Below are positions 7,684 to 16,907 of a DNA stretch of 32,000 nucleotides, piece after piece (the stretch's first letter is position 1; every line of letters begins with the position of its first letter). The stretch covers positions 810,001 through 842,000 of the forward strand of contig NC_015722.1 in NCBI RefSeq assembly GCF_000219355.1, in the 5' to 3' direction. The stretch is from Candidatus Midichloria mitochondrii IricVA. Its GTDB lineage: Bacteria > Pseudomonadota > Alphaproteobacteria > Rickettsiales > Midichloriaceae. The position numbers and the translations under genes were made by a program. The notes beneath the pieces were generated by a model that saw nothing but the letters and a program-made list of their open reading frames with translations, was not told the DNA's origin and did no database searches.

Positions 7684-8566
7684 TAACGGTTGTATGGGCT
7701 GTAGTTGGAGTTGTAATAGTGGACGTTGTAGAAGTAGTTGCGCATATATTATATACGCATATCTTGAACTGCAAGTTCTGCAGGGCCAGAGCCAACAGCA
7801 ATGTCTATTTTAGGCTCGAATCCTCCATTTTACAATCTCCTAGCAATATTGAAACAGGGTTTGAGCTGCCGTTTGAAGCTATTATATCTTGTTTGCCGTC
7901 AATATTTATATCTGCGATTACAACCCCCACTCGGCTGGTTACCGACCGCAAAATCTTTGTTCTTACAAAATTTCTCCTAGGCCATTTCCTAATTGCATTG
8001 AAACGGTTCCCTGATCATTAGCAGTTACTATATCTTGATTAGGGTACAAACTTAACTTGATAAGAACTAGACGGTTGAACAGTACCGCTTATATTACCTA
8101 ACAAGATTGAAACAGTGGCTATACCGATGTTGGTGGTCACCACCATATTTGGTCTTCCCCACATTTCCATCAAAATCTCCTATTGCTAATCCTCCAGGCT
8201 GTGGGACCCAACTGCAAAGTCTATTTTGGTTCCAAGAAAGAGGGCTCCTACAATATTCCCATTCCCTACTAATATAGAAACGGTATTAGACCCCTGATTA
8301 GTGACAGTTATATCTTGGAGATCATCATCCCCATATTTAGATCTTTGATTTTTATTCCAGTGGGGTTTGTACCGACGGCAAAATCTGTTTTTGCACTGAA
8401 TTCTCCATTTCCAGTTCCCAATGGTATAGAAACAGTATGGGGGGGACCATTGGTTGGTAACCGCAATATCCCACCTGAGCCACCATCTCCATTAAAGTCT
8501 GCTAATTGCTGCTCCCACAGGGCTATTGCTAACAGAATAACTTATGGCATTTTTAAACTTCAACAT
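7684..8566 (-). pseudogene. FG-GAP/VCBS-type repeat protein gene, heavily frameshifted
   Basis: The minus strand has AAAGGAGAG followed by an ATG at 8566, giving MLKFKNAISYSVSNSPVGAAI, with the first stop at 8494-8492. Across shifting frames, units of about 60 aa recur: ADFNGDGGS, DIAVTNQ.SPHTVSIPLGTGNGEFSAKTDFAVGTNPTG, DITVTNQGSNTVSILVGNGN..DFAVGS, LAIGDFDGN, TVSILLGN, VVIADINIDGKQDIIASNGSSNPVSILLGD, DIAVGSGPAELAV. It ends in a Thr-rich stretch (TTSTTSTITTPTTAHTTVT) that abuts the IS fragment. Confidence 0.7.
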
Positions 8567-9043
8567 CTATTCTCTCCTTTTAAAGTATATTAACATTTTA
8601 AAGTTTCGAGCAATCTCCAGCACAACAATCCTTGAGCTGTTCTTGGAAACATATTATTCATAAATAATCCAGTAAGTTAATCAATATAAAGATTTTTCTA
8701 GAGTATTTCAGTGAAGAAAATTGAGCTATCCTCTCTAAACTTACAAGCACCGGCATGACTATCAGTGGTGTTGCAGCTGATGATCGTATAGGGATGGCCA
8801 GCTTGTTGGCAATAAAGTAACCAAGCAGATTTATATAAAGTCTGTAAGAAACCGTTTCGTATTTGTAGAGCTGCTTAGTGGAATTGATTTTTAACTGGGG
8901 ATAGGTCTGATAGTAAGATACCCCAGATTAGAATTTTTTATCCTCTTTTTTAAGAGCCACCGTAGCTGCTTTCAGGCAAAATCCGGCTTGTACTGATCTT
9001 ATTCATATTAAAATACTTGTTCCCTAAACCGATTTTCAAAGAA

Positions 9044-9565
9044 TTAAGCTCTTTCTTGAAATTTCAATGATTTTTTTAAAGCGAAATCTTTTTTTAATTT
9101 TGAAAGGTAATCAATAAATACTATTCCGTTAGTATGATCTATTTCATGTTGGACACAAACCGCAAGCAAGCCGTGAGGAATGTTAAGCCCTTCTTCTTTT
9201 CCTTCATAGTTAATAAATTTTACCGTAATATCTGCAGGCCTCGTTACTTCTGCAAAAAAGCCCGGCACTGACAAGCATCCTTCTCTAAATTCTGCTAAAT
9301 CTTCTGATCTTTTAACTATTTCAGCATTTACCATAAAGAGGGGCATCGGCACACCATTAGCGAATTCCTTACCCACATCTATAACGATAATTTTTTTTAA
9401 AACTCCAACTTGAACAGCAGCAAGACCAACACCATTATTATGGTGCATTGTGGCAAGCATATCACCCATAAAACCTCTTAAGCTGTCATCTACAGAATCA
9501 ACAGGTAGCGACTTTTTATGCAGCAACGGATTGGGTTCTACTATTATATCCAGTATATTAGGCAC
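9044..9565 (-). CDS. def: peptide deformylase
   Basis: 173 aa with the three deformylase motifs: GVGLAAVQVG, EGCLSVPG and QHEIDH. Confidence 0.93.
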   Translation of the reverse strand: MPNILDIIVEPNPLLHKKSLPVDSVDDSLRGFMGDMLATMHHNNGVGLAAVQVGVLKKIIVIDVGKEFANGVPMPLFMVNAEIVKRSEDLAEFREGCLSVPGFFAEVTRPADITVKFINYEGKEEGLNIPHGLLAVCVQHEIDHTNGIVFIDYLSKLKKDFALKKSLKFQERA

Positions 9566-9625
9566 TTATTATATGTCCTTTGATTTATTCTATTGCATTT
9601 TTCATGTACTAGCAATTCCTATTTT

Positions 9626-10831
9626 CTAAATTAATTTTTCGCATGCTTCCTTTATCCTCTTTAGTGCAATATCCAGGTTTGATTCAGAAGTTGCATAGGA
9701 TATTCGGAAAAATCCTTCCATTCCGAAAGCAGACCCAGGAACCACTGCTACTAAAGCTTCCTCTAAAAGATACGCAGCTATATCAACTGACGAAGCTATT
9801 AAAGCCCCTTTTGGAGATTTCGTTCCAAGCAGCGCTGAACAGTTTGGAAAGAGGTAAAACGCTCCACCTGGCTTAGAACAAGATAAGCCTGTAATATCAT
9901 CTATTCTATCCAAAACTAAGTCGCGACGTTTTTGAAATATATTAGCCTTTTCTCTTACAAATTCTTGTGGACCCACGAGAGCTTCAACCCCAGCAGCTTG
10001 ACTGATAGAGCAGGGATTTGAAGTGCTTTGAGATTGAACAGTTGAAATTGCTGCGATAAGTTCTTTAGGTCCACCAGCGTATCCTAATCTCCAACCAGTC
10101 ATTGAATATCCCTTCGATAAACCATTGACGGTTAATATCCTGTTAGATAATTTTGGTTCTATTGTGGCGAGGCTGTTAAACTGAAATTGGTCAAATGTTA
10201 TATGCTCATATATATCGTCGCACAGTATATAAACTTGCGGATACTTTAAAAGCGCTTTAGCGATTTCCTGTAGTTCTTGGGGTGAATAAACTGCACCTGT
10301 TGGATTGCTCGGAGAGTTAAGAATCAGCCATTTAGTGCGAGAAGTAATAGACTTCTCCAAGTCTACTGGCTTCAATTTGAAGCCGCTGGACATAAGGCAT
10401 TCTACTATCACTGAAGTTCCACCAGCAAATATCACCATTTCTGGATAAGAGACCCAATAAGGAGCTGGTATTATAACTTCATCTCCAGGGTTAATTGAAG
10501 CCAGTAGAGCATTAAAAATAACCTGCTTGGCTCCACTTCCAACTGTGATTTGGTCCAAATCAAATTTTAAATTATTTTCTCGGACGAATTTATCTTGAAC
10601 TGCTTGTTTAAGAGCTCGGGTTCCATCAACTGGAGTATATTTAGTATTTCCATTTTGAATTGCCTTAATAGCTGCTAACTTAATATTATCTGGTGTATCA
10701 AAATCCGGTTCTCCTGCACTTAGTGAAATAACGTTAATACCGGCTGCTTTCATAGCCATTGCCTTTTCTGTTATAGCTAGTGTAGGGGAGGGCTTTATCT
10801 GGTTTACCAAGCTCGAAATAATTTTAGCCAT
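9626..10831 (-). CDS. aatA: aspartate/aromatic aminotransferase (class I PLP enzyme)
   Basis: 401 aa with a PLP-lysine context of SKGYSMTGWRLGY. Other class I landmarks present are NPSNPTG, and GEPDFDTP near the N-terminus. Confidence 0.9.
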   Translation of the reverse strand: MAKIISSLVNQIKPSPTLAITEKAMAMKAAGINVISLSAGEPDFDTPDNIKLAAIKAIQNGNTKYTPVDGTRALKQAVQDKFVRENNLKFDLDQITVGSGAKQVIFNALLASINPGDEVIIPAPYWVSYPEMVIFAGGTSVIVECLMSSGFKLKPVDLEKSITSRTKWLILNSPSNPTGAVYSPQELQEIAKALLKYPQVYILCDDIYEHITFDQFQFNSLATIEPKLSNRILTVNGLSKGYSMTGWRLGYAGGPKELIAAISTVQSQSTSNPCSISQAAGVEALVGPQEFVREKANIFQKRRDLVLDRIDDITGLSCSKPGGAFYLFPNCSALLGTKSPKGALIASSVDIAAYLLEEALVAVVPGSAFGMEGFFRISYATSESNLDIALKRIKEACEKLI

Positions 10832-11206
10832 ATCTATATAAAAATAAAAATCTCATAAATTAGAATATAAGTAAAATCACAACAGTCAATCTATTGATTG
10901 TATCGAAATTTATTGTAAATATATTTAACCTCTTATTAATATTTTACTCTTTACTCTAATTACATAAGTATGTTAAATACTGCAGAGAATTTTAAGAACC
11001 AAGATATATTAAATAGGGAGGGGGCTGCGAGCGGCTATCATTGAGTTGATTTTAACCAAAGCTGGAAAATGAACCAAAGAAGGAATAGAGCAGGCCATAA
11101 AATCAAGGCTCAAGTTCTAGTACCACTGAGAAAGAGAGCCATGCAGATAAAACGCTTTAGAAGAAGAGAGATCAAAGAGAGGTTTGAGCATCGGATAAAA
11201 GATCAT

Positions 11207-13912
11207 TCATTTGGCAACTGGAAGAGTGATTAAGAATTCCGTATACTTTCCATACTCGGAGTTACATTCTATAGTTCCTCCCATATTATGGATTAATATC
11301 CCACAAAATGCTAATCCAATACCTGTACCTTTAGTGCCCTTTTCATGAAAGGGCTTAAACAAGTTCTTCATATACTCCGGCTCAATCCCAATACCGTTAT
11401 CTCTTACACATAAGGAGTTTCCTTCAACTAATATAGTGATTTTTGCGTCTTCTCCCGCATATTTAAAGGAGTTGTTAATAAGATTTTTTAGGACCTGCTT
11501 CATATATTGTTTAGTTCCAAAAAACTTGAAATCATTAACCTGTTTTAAAATAATTCGATTCTTTTTCTCAGCCTCAAGCATATAATCATCCAATACTTCT
11601 TGGATAACTTCAACCATTGAATAAACTGAGCCATATTCAGTACCTCGATGTCTTAGGAGCATTAGTAACACATCAACAACTCTTTTAGCTTCTTTTGAAG
11701 TTTTTACTAAATCATACGGTAGGCTCTCAAATATCATCTCGTATTCTGCTTCTGGTATGGTAAGGACATAGTTAATAGAGCCATCAGGTTGCTCTTTTTT
11801 TACTACTTCTTTGCTTGAAGTTGCGGCTAAATCAGATAAAGTCATAGCAATCATTTGAATTGTGGCGATAGGGGTATTAACTTCATGTGCTATAGCGCCG
11901 CCAAATAACTCCATATGCTCTAATCTTTTTTCTTGGATTTTCTCTTTATCCCTAATAAAGAGGAACATTATGATTAACAAAAAGCCGTAAAGATAGAATA
12001 AAAGTAAGATATCTCCCGAGTGAGAATAGTGGGGATAGACTTGATGAGATAGCGAAGTATATAATAGATAGCCAACAAAGGGTCCGGAAAGCATCAGTAT
12101 ACCAAAGCTAATCCAATCAGTTATGATGAATAGTAGGATAATGGATAAGATCGCATTTAGCAGCCAAAATCCACTCGTATAAGTAACAAAGATGGTATAG
12201 CTAGCAGTAAACGGTATGCAGAAGAATAAGCAAAAATACCAGTAGAGCGCATAATATCTGTTTTTAGATTTTCTCGTCCAATATTCGGCAAATAGCAATA
12301 TAAGGCATAACAAGATAGATATAACACGTAAGTATATAATTGAATCATGTAGAACATTTCCTGTTACATTCACTACGATTAAAGGCATGAAATAATTTAC
12401 AGCTATAAATAAGCAAAAAGAGTGGCTTTTGGTGCCACTTTTTTCAATTTGACTCTTCATAAATTGAGCAATTACGCCATAAATTTTTTCTATCTTTCTT
12501 CGAGATACGATATTAAATATCTCTAACTGCTCATGTCCATATCGTTTTTCCCCATATTTTTGTAAATAGTGAACAGCGAATAAACTAACTCCGCTTCCTA
12601 AGATTCCTAAGGTTAAGCTAATTATTGAAAATTCCCCAGTTATCGAACGCCCTGCTAAAATGAAAAATATAGCTAGAATTGTCGAGATCACAAAAGATAA
12701 GCTATTAGCTCTGAACCCTAAGAAACCAGCTGCTAAAGGAACTAAAATAACTGGTTGCCAAAAATTATCTGCCATCCACAACAGCGAGAAAATGTTACTT
12801 TTTGATAATGCTAAAAGCGTAGATAAGATAGTAATTGCAAATGTTGAAGTATATAGTACGGATAGCTCTTGCCTTACAGTGAGATCTGGGAATATTTTTT
12901 TTATAATATTCTCTGTACATACCAAACCCGCGTAACTAAGCCATGAACTAGCTGAGGACATTATAATAGCGATCAAGCCTACCAGCACTAATCCTTCGAT
13001 TCCAGCGCTGGTATAACTTGAAATAAAGTGCATGAAAGCAAACTTTGGCTCTAGGTCTGGAGATTGTGCTTTTATTAGAAAGGCGATAATGCAAGTTAGG
13101 ACAGTAAACGGAATTGCTACAGCCATTACTATTTTTAGGGATTTTATAAGCCGAATTCTATTGTAAGCCATTAAGAATCGTTGTACGTGAATGCTTTCTG
13201 CCGCAGGCACCATACTATAGAGTACCAAACTTAAAAATACCCATATATTTGATAAATTGAGATCTAATTTAAATAAACTTGCATGGGCGCTGCTAGTCAG
13301 GGTTTTATATTCATCATGATAAGCTGTATAGCAAGCCATTGGGAGCGCAACCAGAAAGATACATAAGTGAGATACCTTTATAAACTCGACCTGCTTTGCT
13401 TTGTCTATAATTGAGTAGAGGGTTAGTAGAAAAAAGCCTACTGTAATACTTAATCCATATGAAAGATCGAAAAAATAACTAAAAATATAACCAAGAGCCG
13501 CTAGTTGACAGGCTACCATCCCTTTTCCAAAGAGCACTGTTGCGATATCGGTAACCCACCTGCCAGGAACCCCATAGAGTCTCTGCATTATATCACTTAT
13601 TGATAGACAGCCTTTAAATTCTCCGGTGCGCTCTGCATATACTTTAAGTATAAGCAGCCAGGATAGGGGCGCCACAATTCTAGGAATTGCAAAAAATAAT
13701 CCGTATAGATAAATATTTTCCATTGCACCAATTGTAACCGTGCTGATCGAGACGGCAAGCATAGCTGAGACAGCAACAACATCACGCCATATACTGTGAT
13801 CATTAATAGAATATTCATTATTGATGCTTCTTGCTTTATAAAAGGTTGTTGCCAAATAGCCTGTTATATAAACAAAAACGACAACTCCATCAACAAGCCC
13901 TAGAGATCCCAC
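11207..13912 (-). CDS. Sensor histidine kinase with a very large polytopic N-terminal domain resembling a sodium:solute symporter (SSS/SLC5-like)
   Basis: 901 aa with a GTG start preceded by GGGGGA. About 650 aa form consecutive hydrophobic segments. The first part has an SSS-like opening (YITGYLATTFYKARS..Y..ND.SIW....VSAMLAVSISTVTIGAMENIYLYG). The C-terminus carries an H-box (GGAIAHEVNTPIATI), N-box (LINNSFKYAG), G1 (VRDNGIGIEPE) and G2 (GTGIGLAF). Confidence 0.8.
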   Translation of the reverse strand: MGSLGLVDGVVVFVYITGYLATTFYKARSINNEYSINDHSIWRDVVAVSAMLAVSISTVTIGAMENIYLYGLFFAIPRIVAPLSWLLILKVYAERTGEFKGCLSISDIMQRLYGVPGRWVTDIATVLFGKGMVACQLAALGYIFSYFFDLSYGLSITVGFFLLTLYSIIDKAKQVEFIKVSHLCIFLVALPMACYTAYHDEYKTLTSSAHASLFKLDLNLSNIWVFLSLVLYSMVPAAESIHVQRFLMAYNRIRLIKSLKIVMAVAIPFTVLTCIIAFLIKAQSPDLEPKFAFMHFISSYTSAGIEGLVLVGLIAIIMSSASSWLSYAGLVCTENIIKKIFPDLTVRQELSVLYTSTFAITILSTLLALSKSNIFSLLWMADNFWQPVILVPLAAGFLGFRANSLSFVISTILAIFFILAGRSITGEFSIISLTLGILGSGVSLFAVHYLQKYGEKRYGHEQLEIFNIVSRRKIEKIYGVIAQFMKSQIEKSGTKSHSFCLFIAVNYFMPLIVVNVTGNVLHDSIIYLRVISILLCLILLFAEYWTRKSKNRYYALYWYFCLFFCIPFTASYTIFVTYTSGFWLLNAILSIILLFIITDWISFGILMLSGPFVGYLLYTSLSHQVYPHYSHSGDILLLFYLYGFLLIIMFLFIRDKEKIQEKRLEHMELFGGAIAHEVNTPIATIQMIAMTLSDLAATSSKEVVKKEQPDGSINYVLTIPEAEYEMIFESLPYDLVKTSKEAKRVVDVLLMLLRHRGTEYGSVYSMVEVIQEVLDDYMLEAEKKNRIILKQVNDFKFFGTKQYMKQVLKNLINNSFKYAGEDAKITILVEGNSLCVRDNGIGIEPEYMKNLFKPFHEKGTKGTGIGLAFCGILIHNMGGTIECNSEYGKYTEFLITLPVAK

Positions 13913-13972
13913 AAATCCCCCTATTATATAGTATGGCCGCCTGTTCTAAAAGGCCGATGTCATAAATCGTAC

Positions 13973-14854
13973 TCAAGATTTATTTTGTATAATTTGTAGA
14001 AGAGTCTTACCTATCAAGCCAGGAGACTCTGATATAACTACTCCCGCACTTTTCAGGATTTCAATTTTACTTTCAGCGCTATCGCCTCCCCCAGAAATGA
14101 TAGCGCCAGCATGTCCCATCCTTTTACCAGGCGGGGCAGTACGCCCAGCAATAAAACCAACCACGGGTTTTTTTACCTTGCTATTTTTTATAAAATGAGC
14201 AGCATCAGCCTCAGCATTTCCACCGATTTCTCCAATCATCACAACAGCTTCGGTTTCTGGATCGTTAAAAAACATTTCAATAGTGTCAACGAAATTAGTC
14301 CCATTTATCGGGTCACCGCCGATTCCCACACAAGTTGACTGTCCCAAGCCAACTGCAGTAGTCTGCGCTACTGCCTCATAGGTTAGAGTACCAGATCGTG
14401 AAACGATGCCGACTTTCCCTTTTTTATGTATATACCCTGGCATAATGCCGATTTTGCACTCTTCTGGAGTAATAACGCCTGGGCAATTAGGGCCAATTAA
14501 CCTGGCTTTAGATCCAACTAGCGCTCTTTTTACCCTCATCATGTCGAGAACTGGGACACCTTCTGTAATACAAATAACCAGCCTAATGCCTGCATCAATT
14601 GCTTCCAATACGGCATTTGCTGCAAATGCAGGAGGAACATATATCACGGAAGCATCAGCACCAGTTTTAAGAACTGCTTCTTCAACTGTATTAAAAACTG
14701 GTAAATTTAGGTGGGGCGTACCTCCCTTTCCAGGGGTCACTCCTCCGACCATTTTTGTTCCATACTCTATGGCTTTTTCAGAGTGAAATGTACCTTGTTG
14801 TCCGGTAAAACCTTGGCATATTACTTTGGTCGTGGAATTAACTAATATCGACAT
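13973..14854 (-). CDS. sucD: succinyl-CoA synthetase alpha subunit
   Basis: 293 aa with [22 protein letters not shown] and the phosphohistidine loop MGHAGAII. Confidence 0.95.
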   Translation of the reverse strand: MSILVNSTTKVICQGFTGQQGTFHSEKAIEYGTKMVGGVTPGKGGTPHLNLPVFNTVEEAVLKTGADASVIYVPPAFAANAVLEAIDAGIRLVICITEGVPVLDMMRVKRALVGSKARLIGPNCPGVITPEECKIGIMPGYIHKKGKVGIVSRSGTLTYEAVAQTTAVGLGQSTCVGIGGDPINGTNFVDTIEMFFNDPETEAVVMIGEIGGNAEADAAHFIKNSKVKKPVVGFIAGRTAPPGKRMGHAGAIISGGGDSAESKIEILKSAGVVISESPGLIGKTLLQIIQNKS

Positions 14855-14858
14855 AATC

Positions 14859-16028
14859 TTATTTTACCCCAATTGCCTTAACTATCTTTTCAGCAGCATC
14901 AATTAAATCACTAGCAGATTCTACAGCTAATCCAGAATTATTGATGATCTCTCTACCTTTTTCTGCATTCGTGCCTTCTAAACGCACTACAACTGGTACC
15001 TTAATGCCAACTTCTTTTGCAGCAGTTACAACACCACTAGCAATAACATCACAGCGCATTATACCACCAAAGATGTTAATTAAAATGCCCTTAACTTCCT
15101 GGTCTGCGGTAATAATCTTAAATGCTTCGGTCACTTTTTCAGTAGTTGCACTTCCGCCAACATCAAGGAAATTCGCGGGCTTTCCCCCGTGCAGCTGTAT
15201 AATATCCATAGTTGCCATTGCAAGGCCTGCACCGTTGACCATACAACCTATATTACCGTCCATTTTTACGTAGTTTAGGTCAAAATCTGCAGCTTGAACT
15301 TCCAGGGGATCTCTTTCATCAGGATCGTCTAGAAGGGCAATATCTGAGTGCCTATAAAGAGCGTTGGGATCAAAATTAAATTTTGCATCTAACGCCACAA
15401 ATTCGCCATCGTTAGTTTCAATTAACGGATTTACTTCAATTTGACTCGCATCAGTTTCAATAAAGGCCTTATACAAAGATTTAACAAATGGCGCAAATCT
15501 TTTGCCTTGAGCAGGAGTAAATTTAAATGCCGAAATGATTTTTCCAATATGAAAATCTTGTAAACCCATAACAGTATCTATTACAACTCTGATGATTTTT
15601 CCTGGAGATTTTGCAGCCACTTCCTCTATATCCATTCCACCTTCTGTTGAAGATATCAGTACTACGGAGCTAGTATTGCGATCAACGATGATGGAGAAAT
15701 AATACTCCTTCTTAATGTCGGAGCCTGCCTCAATATATACTCTTTTAACTATTTTGCCTTCTGGTCCAGTCTGCTGGGTAACAAGCCTCATACCCAACAT
15801 AGACTCGGCAGTTGGTTTTACTAAAGCGATATCCCTGAGCACCTTTACTCCGCCAGCCTTACCACGTCCGCCCGCATGTATTTGTGCTTTAACCACCCAA
15901 ACTTTGGTATCCAATTTCTTAGCTACAGACTCTGCCTCAGAAGGTGAAAAAGCTACGCGTCCCCCAGGAACCCTAACCCCATATTTTGAGAGAAGATCTT
16001 TAGCTTGATATTCGTGTATGTTCATCAA
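14859..16028 (-). CDS. sucC: succinyl-CoA synthetase beta subunit
   Basis: 389 aa with (M)[12 protein letters not shown], an ATP-grasp region and GGIMRCD. It lies 4 nt upstream of sucD. The true start may be the second Met at 16025. Confidence 0.95.
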   Translation of the reverse strand: MMNIHEYQAKDLLSKYGVRVPGGRVAFSPSEAESVAKKLDTKVWVVKAQIHAGGRGKAGGVKVLRDIALVKPTAESMLGMRLVTQQTGPEGKIVKRVYIEAGSDIKKEYYFSIIVDRNTSSVVLISSTEGGMDIEEVAAKSPGKIIRVVIDTVMGLQDFHIGKIISAFKFTPAQGKRFAPFVKSLYKAFIETDASQIEVNPLIETNDGEFVALDAKFNFDPNALYRHSDIALLDDPDERDPLEVQAADFDLNYVKMDGNIGCMVNGAGLAMATMDIIQLHGGKPANFLDVGGSATTEKVTEAFKIITADQEVKGILINIFGGIMRCDVIASGVVTAAKEVGIKVPVVVRLEGTNAEKGREIINNSGLAVESASDLIDAAEKIVKAIGVK

Positions 16029-16159
16029 AATTCCCCAAAATTACGTCTCATCAACCAAGACTAACACGCCCATTCTACATGTGACGACAACTAATTTCAA
16101 CTCGATAATAAATACATTCTATGATTTTTCTTACATTTTTACCATTTTTTGTATTTAAA

Positions 16160-16187
16160 TTGACTTTCTGAAAGATTCTTGTAAAAT
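16160..16187 (+). promoter_or_regulatory. Sigma70-like promoter for ssrA
   Basis: TTGACT (16160-16165), a 16-nt spacer, then TAAAAT (16182-16187). This would place the transcription start near 16193-16195, at the beginning of the tmRNA acceptor piece. Confidence 0.45.
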
Positions 16188-16190
16188 GAG

Positions 16191-16485
16191 GGGGCTCAAT
16201 AGGCTATGGTGATAAACGTAACTTATAATGGGTATTTTGGACTCGGGGGCGGTACCCGGCACCTCCACCTGCGAAGTTTATGGGGGGTGAGCTAGCTTCG
16301 ACAGATATTAAAAAAAGTTACTTTTACTCGGTAAGATACCGCCGTAATGGATCAAAAAAAGTAAATGCAAACAATAAGTTTGTACCTGCTAATAGCGACT
16401 TTGTGCCAGCTCTTCAAGCAGCATAACATGAGCTAGTTAGCGCGGTTTGGGCTTGCCGGGCAACAGAAAAGCCCACAAATTTTTG
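16191..16485 (+). ncRNA. ssrA: Two-piece (circularly permuted) tmRNA: acceptor piece to 16269, about 13-nt spacer, coding piece from about 16283
   Basis: The acceptor piece ends ..GGAC-TCGGG-GGCGGTA-CCCGG-CACCTCC-ACC (16269). The coding piece starts GGGGGTG at 16283 and pairs with CACCTCC to give G3:U70, the Ala identity pair. This is followed by GCTTCGACAG (compare the conserved GGAUUCGACGGG). The tag frame at 16367-16426 is GCA AAC AAT AAG.. = ANNKFVPANSDFVPALQAA*, preceded by the A-rich GTAAAT. A terminator hairpin closes the gene. The 5' boundary is approximate. Confidence 0.8.
16448..16484 (+). terminator. Rho-independent terminator of ssrA
   Basis: The stem TGGGCTT (16448-16454) pairs with AAGCCCA (16469-16475) around a 14-nt loop. 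It is followed by ACAAA and a T5 run (16480-16484). Confidence 0.55.
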
Positions 16486-16492
16486 TGTGAGT

Positions 16493-16873
16493 ATGAATAT
16501 GACTTACGATCAGCGGAACATATTTGCAAAAATATTAAGGAATGAAGCTCCTTGTAGAAAAGTTTATGAAGATCAATATACTCTAGCTTTTCATGATTTA
16601 CATCCATCGGCACCGGTACATGTACTTGTCATTCCAAAAGGAGAATTTATTTCTTTTAGTCATTTTATTAGTACCGCTAATCATGATTTTATGGTTGGCT
16701 TTTTTATTTCTGTCCAAAAAGTTATTGAGATATTAAAAATTGAAAATTCTGGCTATCGAATGATATCCAATTGTGGGGCTGATGGCATGCAAGCAGTACC
16801 GCACTTTCATATTCACATTTTGGGTAAAAAACGGTTGGGTGTGTTGGTTGCTGGCGACAATTTTCATACTTAA
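16493..16873 (+). CDS. HIT-family (HinT-like) nucleotide hydrolase
   Basis: It has the histidine triad HFHIHILG and the N-terminus NIFAKILRNE.PC.KVYED. I prefer the ATG at 16493 to the tracked GTG at 16487, which sits inside the terminator tail. Confidence 0.88.
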   Translation: MNMTYDQRNIFAKILRNEAPCRKVYEDQYTLAFHDLHPSAPVHVLVIPKGEFISFSHFISTANHDFMVGFFISVQKVIEILKIENSGYRMISNCGADGMQAVPHFHIHILGKKRLGVLVAGDNFHT

Positions 16874-16907
16874 AAACTGGACCCTTTCATCTCTATTAAA
16901 CTCAACA

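Noticed and set aside
7604-8593. Plus-strand ORFs at 7604-7813, 7719-8021 and 8315-8593
   Set aside because: They are antisense to the FG-GAP/VCBS pseudogene, whose repeat motifs are plainly on the minus strand, and to the IS fragment. They are Cys/Ser-rich nonsense translations.
8895-8940. Hairpin CTGGGG-(20 nt)-CCCCAG followed by a T-run, a possible terminator
   Set aside because: It has only a 6-bp stem with a 20-nt loop. No plus-strand gene ends upstream of it. On the minus strand (downstream of def) it lacks a U-tract.
11069-11233. 54-codon very basic ORF (MNQRRNRAGHKIKAQ..RRREIKERFEHRIKDHSFGNWKSD), a possible transposase C-terminal fragment
   Set aside because: Its resemblance to IS5-type R..IE..F..IK motifs is too weak to call. 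It overlaps the 3' end of the histidine kinase on the other strand, and no IS ends are nearby.
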